Source: an uncultured Gemmatimonadales bacterium
GTDB taxonomy: Bacteria > Gemmatimonadota > Gemmatimonadetes > Gemmatimonadales > GWC2-71-9
Assembly (NCBI GenBank): GCA_963695555.1
Contig: CAVOGR010000005.1
Coordinates: 384,001 to 448,000 of the forward strand
Length of the DNA stretch: 64,000 bases
Reading direction: 5' to 3'
Each line of letters starts with the position of its first letter. Positions within the stretch are counted from its first letter, which is position 1. Positions 18,956-29,373 of the stretch are shown piece by piece. The position numbers and the translations under genes are program-made. Under the pieces are notes generated by a model. The model saw only the letters and a list, made by a program, of their open reading frames with translations. It made no database searches and was not told the DNA's origin.

Positions 18956-21900
18956 ATGCTGCTCTCCCGTTTGTCAGCCCGATTCGTATTCACAGTCCTG
19001 GCCCTGGCCGGGGCCGCGGCGCTCCTGGCCCGTCCGGCGGCGCTCGAGGCCCAGGCCCAGGCCACCACCGGTGTCGTCCGCGGCGTCGTGTCGGATACGG
19101 CAGGCAGTCCGCTGCCGGGCGCCGAGGTGGTGCTGCTGAACCCGGCCACCAACTTCCGGCTCACGATCACTACCAACGCCTCGGGCGTGTACGTCGCCGG
19201 CCTGTTGCCGGTCGGGAACTACGACGTGACGGCCCGGTCGTTAGGCTATCGCGCCGCGAAACGAAGCGGGGTCCCCGTCCGCCTGGGCGCCACCGTGCCG
19301 CTCGACTTCGCGCTTCCCCGCCAGGCCGTTCAGCTCGAGGAGCTGGTCGCGACCGCCGAGGAGCCGCTGATCAACGTGGGCAAGGTCGAGTCGTCCACCC
19401 GGTTGGACGAGGAGGTCGTGCAAGGCCTCCCCAACAACGGACGCAACTACCTGAACTTGACACTCCTGACCCCAAACGTCGCGATCACCCAGGGCCCCGA
19501 CGGTGACGAGCTCACCATCGCCGGCCAGCGCGGCATCCACAACAACGTCTCGGTGGACGGCGCCGACTTCAACAGCCCGTTCTTCGGCGAGCAGCGCGGC
19601 GGCCAGCGGCCGGCCTTCACCTTCAACCTCGACGCGATTGAGGACATGGTGGTCGTGGCCTCCGGCGCCAACGCCGAGTTCGGCCGCTCGGGCGGCGGGT
19701 TCGTCAACGTGCTCACCAAATCGGGCACCAACGAGTTCAGCGGCTCGTTGCACTACTTCGGCAAGTACGATCCACTCTCGGCCAATTTTGCGCATGACGC
19801 CATCGTCGAAGAGCCGGACTTTAAACAGCACCAGTTCGGAGGCACGTTCGGTGGACCGCTTGTCAAGGACAAGGCCTTCTTCTTCCTGGCCTACGAACAG
19901 CAGGAATTCAATTCCACCAAGCAGAAGGACGAGAACCGGATCGACCCGGCGCTCCGGGCCTGGATGGACACGGCCTACTCGGGCGCGCTGGCCGACGACT
20001 ACGGCCCGATCGCGCGGACCAACGACGCCAAGGCGCTCCTTGCCAAGGTCGATTTCCAGCTGAACGATCGGAACCGGGCGACGCTCAAGTACAACTTTGC
20101 CGACGCCGAGCAGGTGCTTGGCACCTTCGATGCGGATCCGTGGGGGCGAAGCGCCAACGGCATCGAGAAGGTTCGCTCGCACGCGATCAACGGCAGCCTG
20201 TCGTCGCTGCTCTCGTCCAGCGTTTCGAACGAGTTTCGGTTCCAGTGGGCCCGGGAGGAACGACCCAGGCCATATCCAGGGCCGATCAACCCATTGACCG
20301 ACAGGCCATTCCCCGATACGGGCATGGACTTCGGCGCCGGGTACCGCTTCGGCATGCCGTTCTTCCTGCCGATCAATACCGCGTACGACACCCGGATTCA
20401 GGTGCTCGACAACGTCTCGTTCGTGACCGGGAACCACCTCATCAAGGTGGGCGGCGAGTGGAACCGGACCAAGACCAAGCAGACCTTCCTCGGGTTCGGC
20501 AACGGGCGCGCCATCTTCGGCTCGGTGGACGGTTTCCTCGGTTTCGTCGAGAACGGTCCCAACTATGTCGAGTGCTTCGACGACGTCTCGGGCGCGTTCA
20601 CCGGCACGGACAACAACGCCACCTGCCCCGCCGGTAGCTCGATTGGTGGTCCCGTCATTTTGTACCTTCAGAATGCCGGCGTCAGCCCGGTCACCTTCGA
20701 AGAGGCCGGCACCCAGACCATCGAGCAAAACGAGCTGGCGCTGTTCATTCAGGACAGCTGGAAGCCGCAGTCCAACGTCACCATCGACTACGGTGTCCGG
20801 TGGGAGGCTCAGATCCAGCCCGATCCGATCACGCCGGCCGACCAGGTGTTCTTCGAGCCGTTCATCGGCCAGACGGTGACCACCCCGGCGGGGAGCTTCA
20901 AGTTCCCGTCCGACGGCACCATCCCGAGCGACTACAGCATGTTCCAGCCGCGGCTGGGTATCGCCTGGGACGTGAACGGAGACGGTACGTCGGTGCTCCG
21001 CGCCAGCGGGGGCCTCTACTTTGCCCGGACCCCCCAGCTCAACCTGGCGAGCGTCAGGAGCACCAACGGCTCGCGGGGACAGGGCTTGTTCGGCAGCAGT
21101 GCCACCATTCCCTTCGGCTTGGGCCCGCCGGCGTACGGCGAGCTGCTGCCGGATCCGAGTGGCGGTCCGTTCCGTCCGACTGTCTACGTAGCGGACGAGG
21201 ACTTCCAGAACGCCCGCACCCTCACGGCGACCGCAAGCTACGAGCGGGAGCTTGGTGCTGGCATCGCGGGAGCCATCACCTACACCTTTGCCAAGACCGA
21301 CAATCTGCTCCGGTTCCTCGATCGGAACGACGCCGCGTTTGGTGATGGGAACCTTGGTCCCTTCTCGGAATTCGACGGCTTCGGAACAGGGTCGAATGGC
21401 GTCGGCCAACTCTGGACGCTCACGAGCGATGCCAAGTCGCGGTATCACGGCTTCACGGTGAGCCTCAAGCGGACCACCGACCCGAACGTCCAGTTCCAGA
21501 TCAACTACACCCTGTCGTTCGACAAGTCGGACGACGACAACGAGCGCGACCCGTTCACGCTGCGCTACGCCGACATCACCAATCTCGACGCCGAGTACAA
21601 CTGGAGCGACCGCGACCAGCGGCACCGGGTGAACGCCTTCGCGCTGTTCCGGCTGCCGTACGACATCATGCTGAACAACCGGGTGAGCTTCTACTCGGCT
21701 CAACCAACGTCAGAGAGCTGTGGCGCGGGGAATGTGGGAACCGGCGATCGAGCGGGCACGCCGCAGGACCGGATCTGTGGCGACGGCTCGATCCTCAAGC
21801 GGAACACGCTCCGGCGGGACAACGAGTTCTTCTCGTGGGATCTCCGCCTCTCCAAGATCTTCCCGCTGGGCGGGCAGAGCGGCTACGTCGAGGCCATCGT

Positions 21901-22039
21901 CGAAGTGTTCAACGTGTTCAACACCGACAACTTCAAGGACCCGCCGTTCGGCGGCTTCCTGTTCAACTTCGACGGCACGCTCCAGACCGGACTGGGCACA
22001 CCCCGGCAGCTCCAGACGGGTATCAAGTACGTGTTCTAG
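18956..22039 (+). CDS. TonB-dependent receptor (Oar-like) with N-terminal carboxypeptidase-regulatory-like domain
   Basis: Signal peptide, LPNNGRNY, NAEFGRSGGG.VN..TKSGTN, QPRLGIAWD, C-terminal PRQLQTGIKYVF. Confidence 0.93.
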   Translation: MLLSRLSARFVFTVLALAGAAALLARPAALEAQAQATTGVVRGVVSDTAGSPLPGAEVVLLNPATNFRLTITTNASGVYVAGLLPVGNYDVTARSLGYRAAKRSGVPVRLGATVPLDFALPRQAVQLEELVATAEEPLINVGKVESSTRLDEEVVQGLPNNGRNYLNLTLLTPNVAITQGPDGDELTIAGQRGIHNNVSVDGADFNSPFFGEQRGGQRPAFTFNLDAIEDMVVVASGANAEFGRSGGGFVNVLTKSGTNEFSGSLHYFGKYDPLSANFAHDAIVEEPDFKQHQFGGTFGGPLVKDKAFFFLAYEQQEFNSTKQKDENRIDPALRAWMDTAYSGALADDYGPIARTNDAKALLAKVDFQLNDRNRATLKYNFADAEQVLGTFDADPWGRSANGIEKVRSHAINGSLSSLLSSSVSNEFRFQWAREERPRPYPGPINPLTDRPFPDTGMDFGAGYRFGMPFFLPINTAYDTRIQVLDNVSFVTGNHLIKVGGEWNRTKTKQTFLGFGNGRAIFGSVDGFLGFVENGPNYVECFDDVSGAFTGTDNNATCPAGSSIGGPVILYLQNAGVSPVTFEEAGTQTIEQNELALFIQDSWKPQSNVTIDYGVRWEAQIQPDPITPADQVFFEPFIGQTVTTPAGSFKFPSDGTIPSDYSMFQPRLGIAWDVNGDGTSVLRASGGLYFARTPQLNLASVRSTNGSRGQGLFGSSATIPFGLGPPAYGELLPDPSGGPFRPTVYVADEDFQNARTLTATASYERELGAGIAGAITYTFAKTDNLLRFLDRNDAAFGDGNLGPFSEFDGFGTGSNGVGQLWTLTSDAKSRYHGFTVSLKRTTDPNVQFQINYTLSFDKSDDDNERDPFTLRYADITNLDAEYNWSDRDQRHRVNAFALFRLPYDIMLNNRVSFYSAQPTSESCGAGNVGTGDRAGTPQDRICGDGSILKRNTLRRDNEFFSWDLRLSKIFPLGGQSGYVEAIVEVFNVFNTDNFKDPPFGGFLFNFDGTLQTGLGTPRQLQTGIKYVF

Positions 22040-22058
22040 TCCCTCACCTTCACCGACA

Positions 22059-22092
22059 CACGAAGGGCCCGGCTACGGCCGGGCCCTTCGTG
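22059..22092. terminator. Hairpin terminator between convergent genes
   Basis: CACGAAGGGCCCGGC-TACG-GCCGGGCCCTTCGTG perfect 15-bp stem. Confidence 0.75.
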
Positions 22093-22117
22093 CGTCTGGA
22101 TCCATTAGCGCCCCGCG

Positions 22118-22305
22118 TCAGGCGGCCTCCGCGGCCGGATGCACCAGGATGTCCCGGGCGATCTCCGGATCGAGCGCCAGCTCGGTCTCGTCCACCTTTA
22201 CCACGCAGGCCGGACGTTGCTGGATCACCGTGATCCGGGCGCCGGGCACCATGCCGAAGACCGCCAGACGCTGGTGCCTGGGCGACGTGGTCGAGCCGTA
22301 CATCA
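22118..22305 (-). CDS. C-terminal FeoA domain (FeoA or DtxR-FeoA protein), 5' part missing at the segment junction
   Basis: QRLAVFGMVPGARITVIQQRPACVVKVDETELALDPEIARDILV. Confidence 0.75.
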
Positions 22306-23024
22306 TCCGCCAGCAGCGCCGTGGCCGGTCGGCCGTACCGTTCGACCACGAGTTCCCGCTCGGCCCGGTACTCGAGATGGATGTGGAGCAGGGCGTCGAC
22401 CGCCGCGGCCTCCGATGCGATCTCCCCACACTGCTCGGGTGTGAGGTCGTACACTGAATGTGGGGCGAACCCCACCGTCACCCGCCCGGCGGGGTCGTGA
22501 CGAGCCCGGTGGAAGGCGACGATCTCGGCCAGCCGACCCTCGACCCGGCCGTCGGGGCTGAGCGCGGCGATGACACCCGGCGTGACGACGGCCCGACCGC
22601 CGGTGTGTTCCACGGCATCGGCAACCTGGTCCTCGAACAGGTACATCTCGCAGCTGGTGGTGACGCCGGACTCGAGCATTTCGATCGACCCGCCGACCAT
22701 GCCCCACCACGCATCCTCCGGCGTCATCCTGCCCTCCCGGGGCCAGACGCCATCCTGGAGCCAGGTCGCCAGGGGCAGCCCTGTTGCCCACCGAACGAAC
22801 CAAGGTCATCGGCGTGTGGGCGTGAGCGTTGACCAAACCCGGCATGAGGAGCCCGCCAATCCGCTCGACAACGGGAGGAGGCGATCCGAGATCGGCGATC
22901 GGCCCGACCGCAACGATCCGGCCGTCGGATGCGCGATGTCGATGGCGGCCGACGGCGCCAGTCGGGGCTCGCCGTCCATCGTCAGGACGTAGTCGCCCTC
23001 CAGGCGATGAACCGACGCGGTCAT
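22305..23024 (-). CDS. Amidohydrolase (MTA/SAH deaminase-like), frameshifted, 3' half missing at the junction
   Basis: LMPGLVNAHAHTPMT, EMLESGVTTSCEMY, FAPHSVY, HIHLE. Confidence 0.85.
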
Positions 23025-23756
23025 CGGCTCCGCTCCCGCTCGTACACCTCGAGTGTGCGGGCGACGAGGCTGTACACCACGGGTGCCCTCCGATCGAGGG
23101 CCATGATGTCGGCGGCCGACAACGGCGCGGGGCTGATGCCGGCCGCGTGGTTCGACACCAGACCGATCGAGGCGTAGGGCAGGCCGCCTCGACCGCCAGG
23201 GCCACCTCGGGGTAGCCGGTCATGCCGACGAGATGCACCGCCCAGAGATGCCATCATGCGGATCTCGGCCGTGGTCTCGAATCGGGGTCCGTCGGGGAGC
23301 AGTAGACGGCTTCCGGTCGACGAGGTCGACGCCCGCTCGCCGGCGGCCGTCGGACCATGGCCCGCCGGAGGCCGGGTCGTACGGGTCGCGTCATGTCGGT
23401 GTGCACACCGGCGTCCGGAACGGATCGGCGGCCCGGTGGCCGCGACGACCCGTCGAAGAAGGTGACCTCCGGCCCGACGAGAAGTCGATCACGTCGTCGG
23501 ACAGCAACGACCATCGAACCAGGACCCCACGCCGGGGTTCATCGATCCGTGATCACCGCCGCGGCCAGGATCGCGGTCGCCCCGACCGTGGTGGGAGGGC
23601 GGCGACATTGGCTCGATAGTTGATGCCGTTCGGCGGGACGAATGGTCGCGCCGTGTCGGGCGAATGAAGCAGACCGTTGATCCCACCGAGGCGACCCGTG
23701 GTCACCTGACCGGCCGACCGAAGGGGGCGTCGCGATCTCATCGACCTGTCGGTCAA
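23021..23756 (-). CDS. MTAP-family purine nucleoside phosphorylase, heavily frameshifted
   Basis: Fragments INYRANVAAL, TFFDG, HTDMT, DGPRFETTAEIRMM, LVGMTGYPEVALA, YASIGLVSNHAAG. Confidence 0.75.
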
Positions 23757-25451
23757 GGAGGCCGGGGACGTCGTAGAGGCCGCTCCCGGTGAGTCAGCCC
23801 GAACATGAGTCGACTCAGGTCCGTCTGCCGGTGGCGGTCACCGGCCGGGTGCCTCGGCCGGTGGGCGCGCCACCGGCCATCAGCAGGCCGACCTGCTCGC
23901 GGGTGTCGTCTCCGGGTCACGATGGCGACGATCCGACCCTCGTAGATCACCGCAATCCGGTCGGAGAGGTGAGAAGATCTCGTCGAGTTGCCGAGACGAG
24001 CAGCACCGCGTCATCCTCATTGCGGGCGGCGATGAGCTGACTGTGGATGAACTCGATGCTGCCGACATCGATACCGTGGGTCGGCTGGGAGGCGACGACC
24101 AGCTTGTTGTCGTCGCTCAGTTCGCGGGCCACGATCACCTTCTGCTTGTTGCCGCCCGACAGCGATTTGACCGGCGTGTGGATGTCGGGCGTTCGGATGT
24201 CGAACCGCTCGACGAGCAGCTCGGCCTTCTTGTCGACCTCCTCGAAGTCCCGCACACCGTGGTTGGCGAACGGAGGCTCGTAGTAGTGGGTGAGCACGAG
24301 ATTGTCTGCGATGGAGTAGATACCGACGAGACCGTCACGCTCACGATCCTCCGGTATGTAGGCCGTTCCCATCTCGTGTACCTTCCGGGGTCTGTTCGAC
24401 AACTTCCTGCCGATCGATCGAGACCGTGCCACTGACGATCGATCGGAGACCGGTGATGGCCTCAACCAGTTCACGCTGGCCGTTGCCCTCGACTCCGGCA
24501 ATACCGAGGATCTCCCCGGCGCGGACCTCGAAGGATGCTCCCTTGACTTTCAGCTGACGGCGATCGTCGCGCACCTGTACGTCGTCGACCGACAACACGA
24601 CCTCGCCGGCTTCTCGCGGTGGTTTCTCGACGCTGAGCACGACCGAGCGACCGACCATCATCTCGGCCAGCGATTCGGTGGTGGCATCGGCCGTCAATGT
24701 CCGACCAACCGACTTGCCCCGACGGAGCACGGTCACCCGGTCGGTCACGGCCAGGATCTCCCGCAGCTTGTGGGTGATGAAGATGATGCCGACGCCGTCG
24801 GCCGCCAGGTCACGCATGATGGCCAGGAGCTCATCGGTCTCCTGGGGCGTCAGCAGGGCGGTCGGCTCGTCGAGGATCAGCAGCTCGGCTCCTCGATAGA
24901 GGGCCTTCAGGATCTCGACACGCTGTTGGATGCCGACCGGCAGATCACCGACGACATCGGTCGGATCGACGTCGAGTCCGTACTGCCGGGACAGTTCCCG
25001 AACCCGGGCCTCGGCCGCCCGCCGGTTCATGAAGCCACCGGCGCGTGGTCGTTTCCGCTCCCAGCACGATATTCTCGGCCACCGTCAACGGGGGAACGAG
25101 TTGAAAGTGCTGGTGAACCATACCGATGCCCTTGTCGATGGCATCGCCTGGATCCGACGGTTTCAACTCCTCACCCCGGAACAGGATGGTTCCCTCGTCG
25201 GCCTCGTGAATGCCGAAGAGCATCTTGACCAGCGTCGACTTGCCGGCACCGTTCTCACCGAGCAGACCCAGAATCTCGCCCTCGTACAACAGGAGGTCGA
25301 CCTTGTCGTTGGCCACCACCCCCGGAAACCGCTTGGTCAACCCTCGCATCTCCAGCAGCGGCACCTCACCAGGTCGCTCGAACTCGGACTGGTCGGCCGA
25401 GGTTGCCGCCCCCACCCCGGTGCCCTCCACCGGATCACCACGATCGGACAT
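23753..25451 (-). CDS. Nucleoside ABC transporter ATP-binding protein (two ABC domains), frameshifted; 3' end approximate
   Basis: LLGENGAGKST, MVHQHF, LILDEPT, IPEDRERDGL, LSGGNKQKV. Confidence 0.88.
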
Positions 25452-25454
25452 GGC

Positions 25455-26480
25455 CTACTCCTTTTCGTAGTGCTTGCCGACGGCGGCCGGCGGACGGACC
25501 GAGATACCGGCGACCGCCAGCACCGCGATGGTCAGGACAAACGGGATCATGCCGAAGAACTGGGGTGGGATGTCGAACACCTGCTTGAACTGGAGCTGGG
25601 CCTGCAGGGCGTTGAAGAACCCGAACAGCAGGGCGGCGGCCAACACGCCGGTGGGTCGGTAGCGACCGATGAGCATCACGGCCAGGGCGATGAAGCCCTT
25701 GCCGTTCGACATGCCCCGGTTGAAGACCCCGGCGGATTGGATCAGCGCCATACCGCCCAGCCCGGCCAGCATCCCGGCCAGCGTGAGGTTCAGGTAGCGC
25801 AGGCGGAAGATGTGAACCCCGACGGTGTCGGCGGCGCTGGGATGCTCCCCCACCGCCCTGGTGCGCAGCCCCCAGCGAGTCTCGAACAGGGCGACGTGAA
25901 CCACCGCCACGGCCACCAGAGCGGCGTAGGTCAGCGGGCCATGGTCGAACAGCATCGGGCCGACGAGCGGCAGGTCGGACAGGAAACCGAGCGAGACGGT
26001 GGGAATCGTGGCCATCGTGCGATTGGGAACGTAGAAGAAGCTGGTGGCACCGATGGCGAAGATGTTGATCACGGTGCCGGCGATTATCTGGTCCATCCGC
26101 AACCGGATCGAGGTCCAGGCAAGGAACGTGCCGGCCAGTCCGGCAACGGCCAGCGCGGCCACCACGGCGAGGATGATGCTCCCCGAATACGAGCCGACCA
26201 TGAATCCGCAGAAGGCCGAAAGCAGCAACTGGCCCTCGATGCCGATGTTGATGATGCCCGAGCGCTCCCCCACCAGACCGCACAGAGCGGCCAGGATGAG
26301 CGGTGCTGCCTCCCGGACCGTCCGGGCCATCACCGCAGTGGTCTGGGTACCATCCCACTGATAGGCGAGGATGAGCGCCACCACCACGACCCCGAAGCCG
26401 GCAAGCGCCTTGGCGTTGCGAGCCACGTAACTGTTCAGGTTGCTCACCGACCGGGTCAGAGGAGGAGCCGACGCCGTCAT
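25455..26480 (-). CDS. Nucleoside ABC transporter permease
   Basis: ERSGIINIGIEG, GLRTRAVGEHPSAADTVG, GKGFIALA. Confidence 0.92.
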   Translation of the reverse strand: MTASAPPLTRSVSNLNSYVARNAKALAGFGVVVVALILAYQWDGTQTTAVMARTVREAAPLILAALCGLVGERSGIINIGIEGQLLLSAFCGFMVGSYSGSIILAVVAALAVAGLAGTFLAWTSIRLRMDQIIAGTVINIFAIGATSFFYVPNRTMATIPTVSLGFLSDLPLVGPMLFDHGPLTYAALVAVAVVHVALFETRWGLRTRAVGEHPSAADTVGVHIFRLRYLNLTLAGMLAGLGGMALIQSAGVFNRGMSNGKGFIALAVMLIGRYRPTGVLAAALLFGFFNALQAQLQFKQVFDIPPQFFGMIPFVLTIAVLAVAGISVRPPAAVGKHYEKE

Positions 26481-27554
26481 GTCGTCCCCCAACCGGTGGC
26501 CAGATCCACTCCAGTGTCGACGTCCTCAGCTTCGGACAGCTGCAGGATCCACCGCACCACCGACGGGGCGGCCACGAAGAACAGGATCATTGCCTGGATC
26601 ACATTGATGACCTCCGGTTCCACATTGGTTCGAGCCTGCATGAGCGTCGATCCGGCATCCATGGCTCCGATGAGCAGGGCGGCCGGGACGACGGCCAGGG
26701 CGTTGGTTCGAGCCAGCAGGGCGATGGTGATGCCATCGAACCCGAGACCGGTCTGGAAGCCGGGCTCGAAGCGGCCGTTGACACCCAGCGTCTGAATGGC
26801 ACCGCCCAGGCCGGCCAGGAAGGCGCTGATTCCCATCGTGATCACGATGATCCTGGTGACGCTGATGCCGGCGTAGGCGGCGGCCTTGGGGTTGCTCCCG
26901 ACCGTCTTGACCTCGAAGCCGAGCGTGGACCGATTGACCAGCCACCAGATGGAGACGGCGGCCAGGACGGCGACGAGGAAGCCGGTTGGGAGGCCGGCGA
27001 TTCGGGGTAGATCGGCGCTGTCCTGAACCAGGGGGGTCCGGGCGATGGCACCTCCCTCGGGATCCTTCCACGGTCCGTCGCGGCTCACCATCCATTCGGT
27101 GAAGTTGGCGGCCACGAAGTTCAACATGATCGTGCTGATCACCTCGTGCACGCCCCTGGTGGCTTTCAGCAGACCGGCCAGCCCGCCGAGCATGGCGGCC
27201 GCCAAGCCACCGACGATGAGTGCAGCCGGGATGTGAATCACGGCGGGCAGATCGAAGTTGAACCCGACCCAGGCCGAGAAGGCCGCCCCCAGCAGCAACT
27301 GGCCCTGACCGCCGATGTTGAACAACCCGGCCTTGAAGGCAAAGGCCACGGCCAGGCCTCCGAGTACCAGCGGCGTGGCCTTCTTCGAGGGTTCGGCCGA
27401 TGGCATCGGAGCCGCCGAGCGACCCTTCCAGCATGGCCCGGTAGGCCACCAGCGGATTGTCGCCCGAGACGACGATCAGCACGGCGCCCACGATCAAGCC
27501 GAAAGCAACGGCCAACAGCGGCATCACCACCATCCGCCAATTAGGCACTGTCAC
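26477..27554 (-). CDS. Nucleoside ABC transporter permease, frameshift at ~27395
   Basis: AGLFNIGGQGQ, HEVISTIMLN, GFDGITIALL. Confidence 0.9.
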
Positions 27555-27580
27555 GCGTGTCTCCCCACACCGAAAACGAA

Positions 27581-27611
27581 ATTGGTGCCCAAGCCTAGCT
27601 TGGGCACCAAT
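27581..27611 (-). terminator. Hairpin after the BMP gene (terminator or mRNA stability element)
   Basis: ATTGGTGCCCAAGC-CTA-GCTTGGGCACCAAT, with a T-rich tail on the minus strand. Confidence 0.65.
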
Positions 27612-27660
27612 CCGATGGAAGTATCCACGGTGAACCGGTCGGAGGCCGACCGGTCCGAAC

Positions 27661-28797
27661 CTAGGGGGTGTATCCGGTGGGCACGTCGCCGGCGAGCACC
27701 AGCGGGGTCAGCTCGTCGATGGCGTCCTTGACCTCTTGGGGAATCTCACCGTCGAAGTCGTGGTAGGAGGCCAGGCCGACATCGCCGATGAAGTTGCCGC
27801 TCGGAGCCTGTCCGTCGACATAGAGACCCACGATCTCCTGCACACCGGGCGTGATCAGCTTCATGGCGCTGGTCACGAGACAGGGGTGAGCCTCGGGCAC
27901 GGTCTCCCATTGATCGGAGTCGACACCGATGCAATATGCGGCACCGCCGTCCTTGGCCACTTCCTGCAGGGCCCCGTTGCCGGTCTGGCCGCCGGCCCCG
28001 AACACCACGTCAGCCCCGTTGTTGATGGCCTGACGGGCGGTGTCGGCACCCCAAGCGGGGTCGGTGAAGGCCACGTCGAGGCCGCCGGGATGGTAGGTGG
28101 AGATGACCTCGGCGTCAGGGTTGCTGTAGGCGACGCCGCCCTCGAAACCTTCCTTGAAGGCCACCACCGGGGGAACGAGGTCGGTGCCGAGCACCTGGGC
28201 CACCGTGTTGGTCTCGGTCATCAAACCGGCAAGTGCGCCGGCCAGGAAGCCGGCCTGGTCCTCGGGGAAGATGAGACCGGCCACGTTGGCCATGGCCTCA
28301 CCCTGGAACTGGTCGACACCGACAAAGTAGGTGTCGGGGTTTTCGGTGGCCGCGATGCCGGTCGCCTCGCCGAGGGCGAAGCCGACGGTGACGATGACGT
28401 CGTAGTCCTGGTCGAGGAAGCTACCGATGTTGGTGGCGTAGTCGGTGGAGTCCTGGGTCTCGATGTAGTCGACTTGGGCTCCGAGCTCACCTTCCAACGC
28501 CTGGACGCCCTCCCAGGCCGACTGGTTGAAGCTCTTGTCGTCGATCTTGCCGACGTCGGTGACCAGACCGACGCAGAGGACCGCTTCGTCGGCACAGGCG
28601 CCGTCGCCGGCCGTGGTGTCCTCGGTGGTGTCGTCGGTCATCGCCTCGGTGGTGTCCGTGGTTTCGTCCGTCGCCTCCGTGGTGTCCGTGGTTTCGTCTG
28701 TGGTGTCGGTTGCTTCATCGGTGCTGTCTGAACCACAGGCAGCGACGAGAAGCCCCAGAGCTGCAAGCACGGCCAGCAGCTTCATCCAGGTTTTCAT
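27661..28797 (-). CDS. BMP family nucleoside-binding lipoprotein with Asp/Thr/Glu-rich linker
   Basis: Lipobox VAAC, DDKSFNQSAWEG, GADVVFGAGGQTGNG, IGVDSDQ, TSAMK. Confidence 0.93.
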   Translation of the reverse strand: MKTWMKLLAVLAALGLLVAACGSDSTDEATDTTDETTDTTEATDETTDTTEAMTDDTTEDTTAGDGACADEAVLCVGLVTDVGKIDDKSFNQSAWEGVQALEGELGAQVDYIETQDSTDYATNIGSFLDQDYDVIVTVGFALGEATGIAATENPDTYFVGVDQFQGEAMANVAGLIFPEDQAGFLAGALAGLMTETNTVAQVLGTDLVPPVVAFKEGFEGGVAYSNPDAEVISTYHPGGLDVAFTDPAWGADTARQAINNGADVVFGAGGQTGNGALQEVAKDGGAAYCIGVDSDQWETVPEAHPCLVTSAMKLITPGVQEIVGLYVDGQAPSGNFIGDVGLASYHDFDGEIPQEVKDAIDELTPLVLAGDVPTGYTP

Positions 28798-29090
28798 AGC
28801 TGAACTCTCCTCTTCAAAGGTCTTGATGTGATGAATGTAGCGCCATTCCCGAGAAGTGACGGCGCGGCGTTTTGAACCCGTCATGTGACCTCTTGCGCCC
28901 GTTTCATCAAGCCCGGGCGCTCCAAATCAGGCCGGTCGCACCCCCTCGGCGTACCTGACAAGCAAGATGACCGCCCACAAAAAGGACGCTGGACCTCGGC
29001 TCCGAGCTACGACCCGATTTCAAGGGGGCGCTGGTGGTGTTGATGGACGACGAGGCCCGAACCCGGATCCCGGTCTCCCCGCCGTCAGGC

Positions 29091-29360
29091 TCAGGAGTTG
29101 CGACGCCGGTGGGGCATGTGATCCCGGTACACGTCGCTGTAGGCGACGTAGCGCTCGTTCAGCTCGTCGACGTTGCCCGCCAGGTCCCAGAGGTTCGACT
29201 CGACGATCTCGTCGAACCGGACCCGTAGCGTCCACAGCGCCGGGTCGGTGATGTGACGATAGCGGAGCCGGATCAGCAGGCGAAGCACCAATCCGATCGG
29301 ATTGGTTGGAGGGAGATCCTGGCGCGGTTGACGATCCTGCACAAGAGGGGCATCGGTCAC
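29091..29360 (-). CDS. Small hypothetical protein
   Basis: Protein-like C-terminal part of ORF 29091..29681 that does not overlap the MFS gene. Confidence 0.4.
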   Translation of the reverse strand: MTDAPLVQDRQPRQDLPPTNPIGLVLRLLIRLRYRHITDPALWTLRVRFDEIVESNLWDLAGNVDELNERYVAYSDVYRDHMPHRRRNS

Positions 29361-29373
29361 GTCGCCGTCCGAG

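Noticed and set aside
19241..21703. Long antisense ORF (820 aa) and similar shadow ORFs throughout
   Set aside because: They mirror real genes on the opposite strand, as expected from high-GC codon bias, and carry no motifs.
28610..28730. Repeats encoding TTDETTDTTEA in the BMP gene
   Set aside because: An ordinary low-complexity lipoprotein tether.
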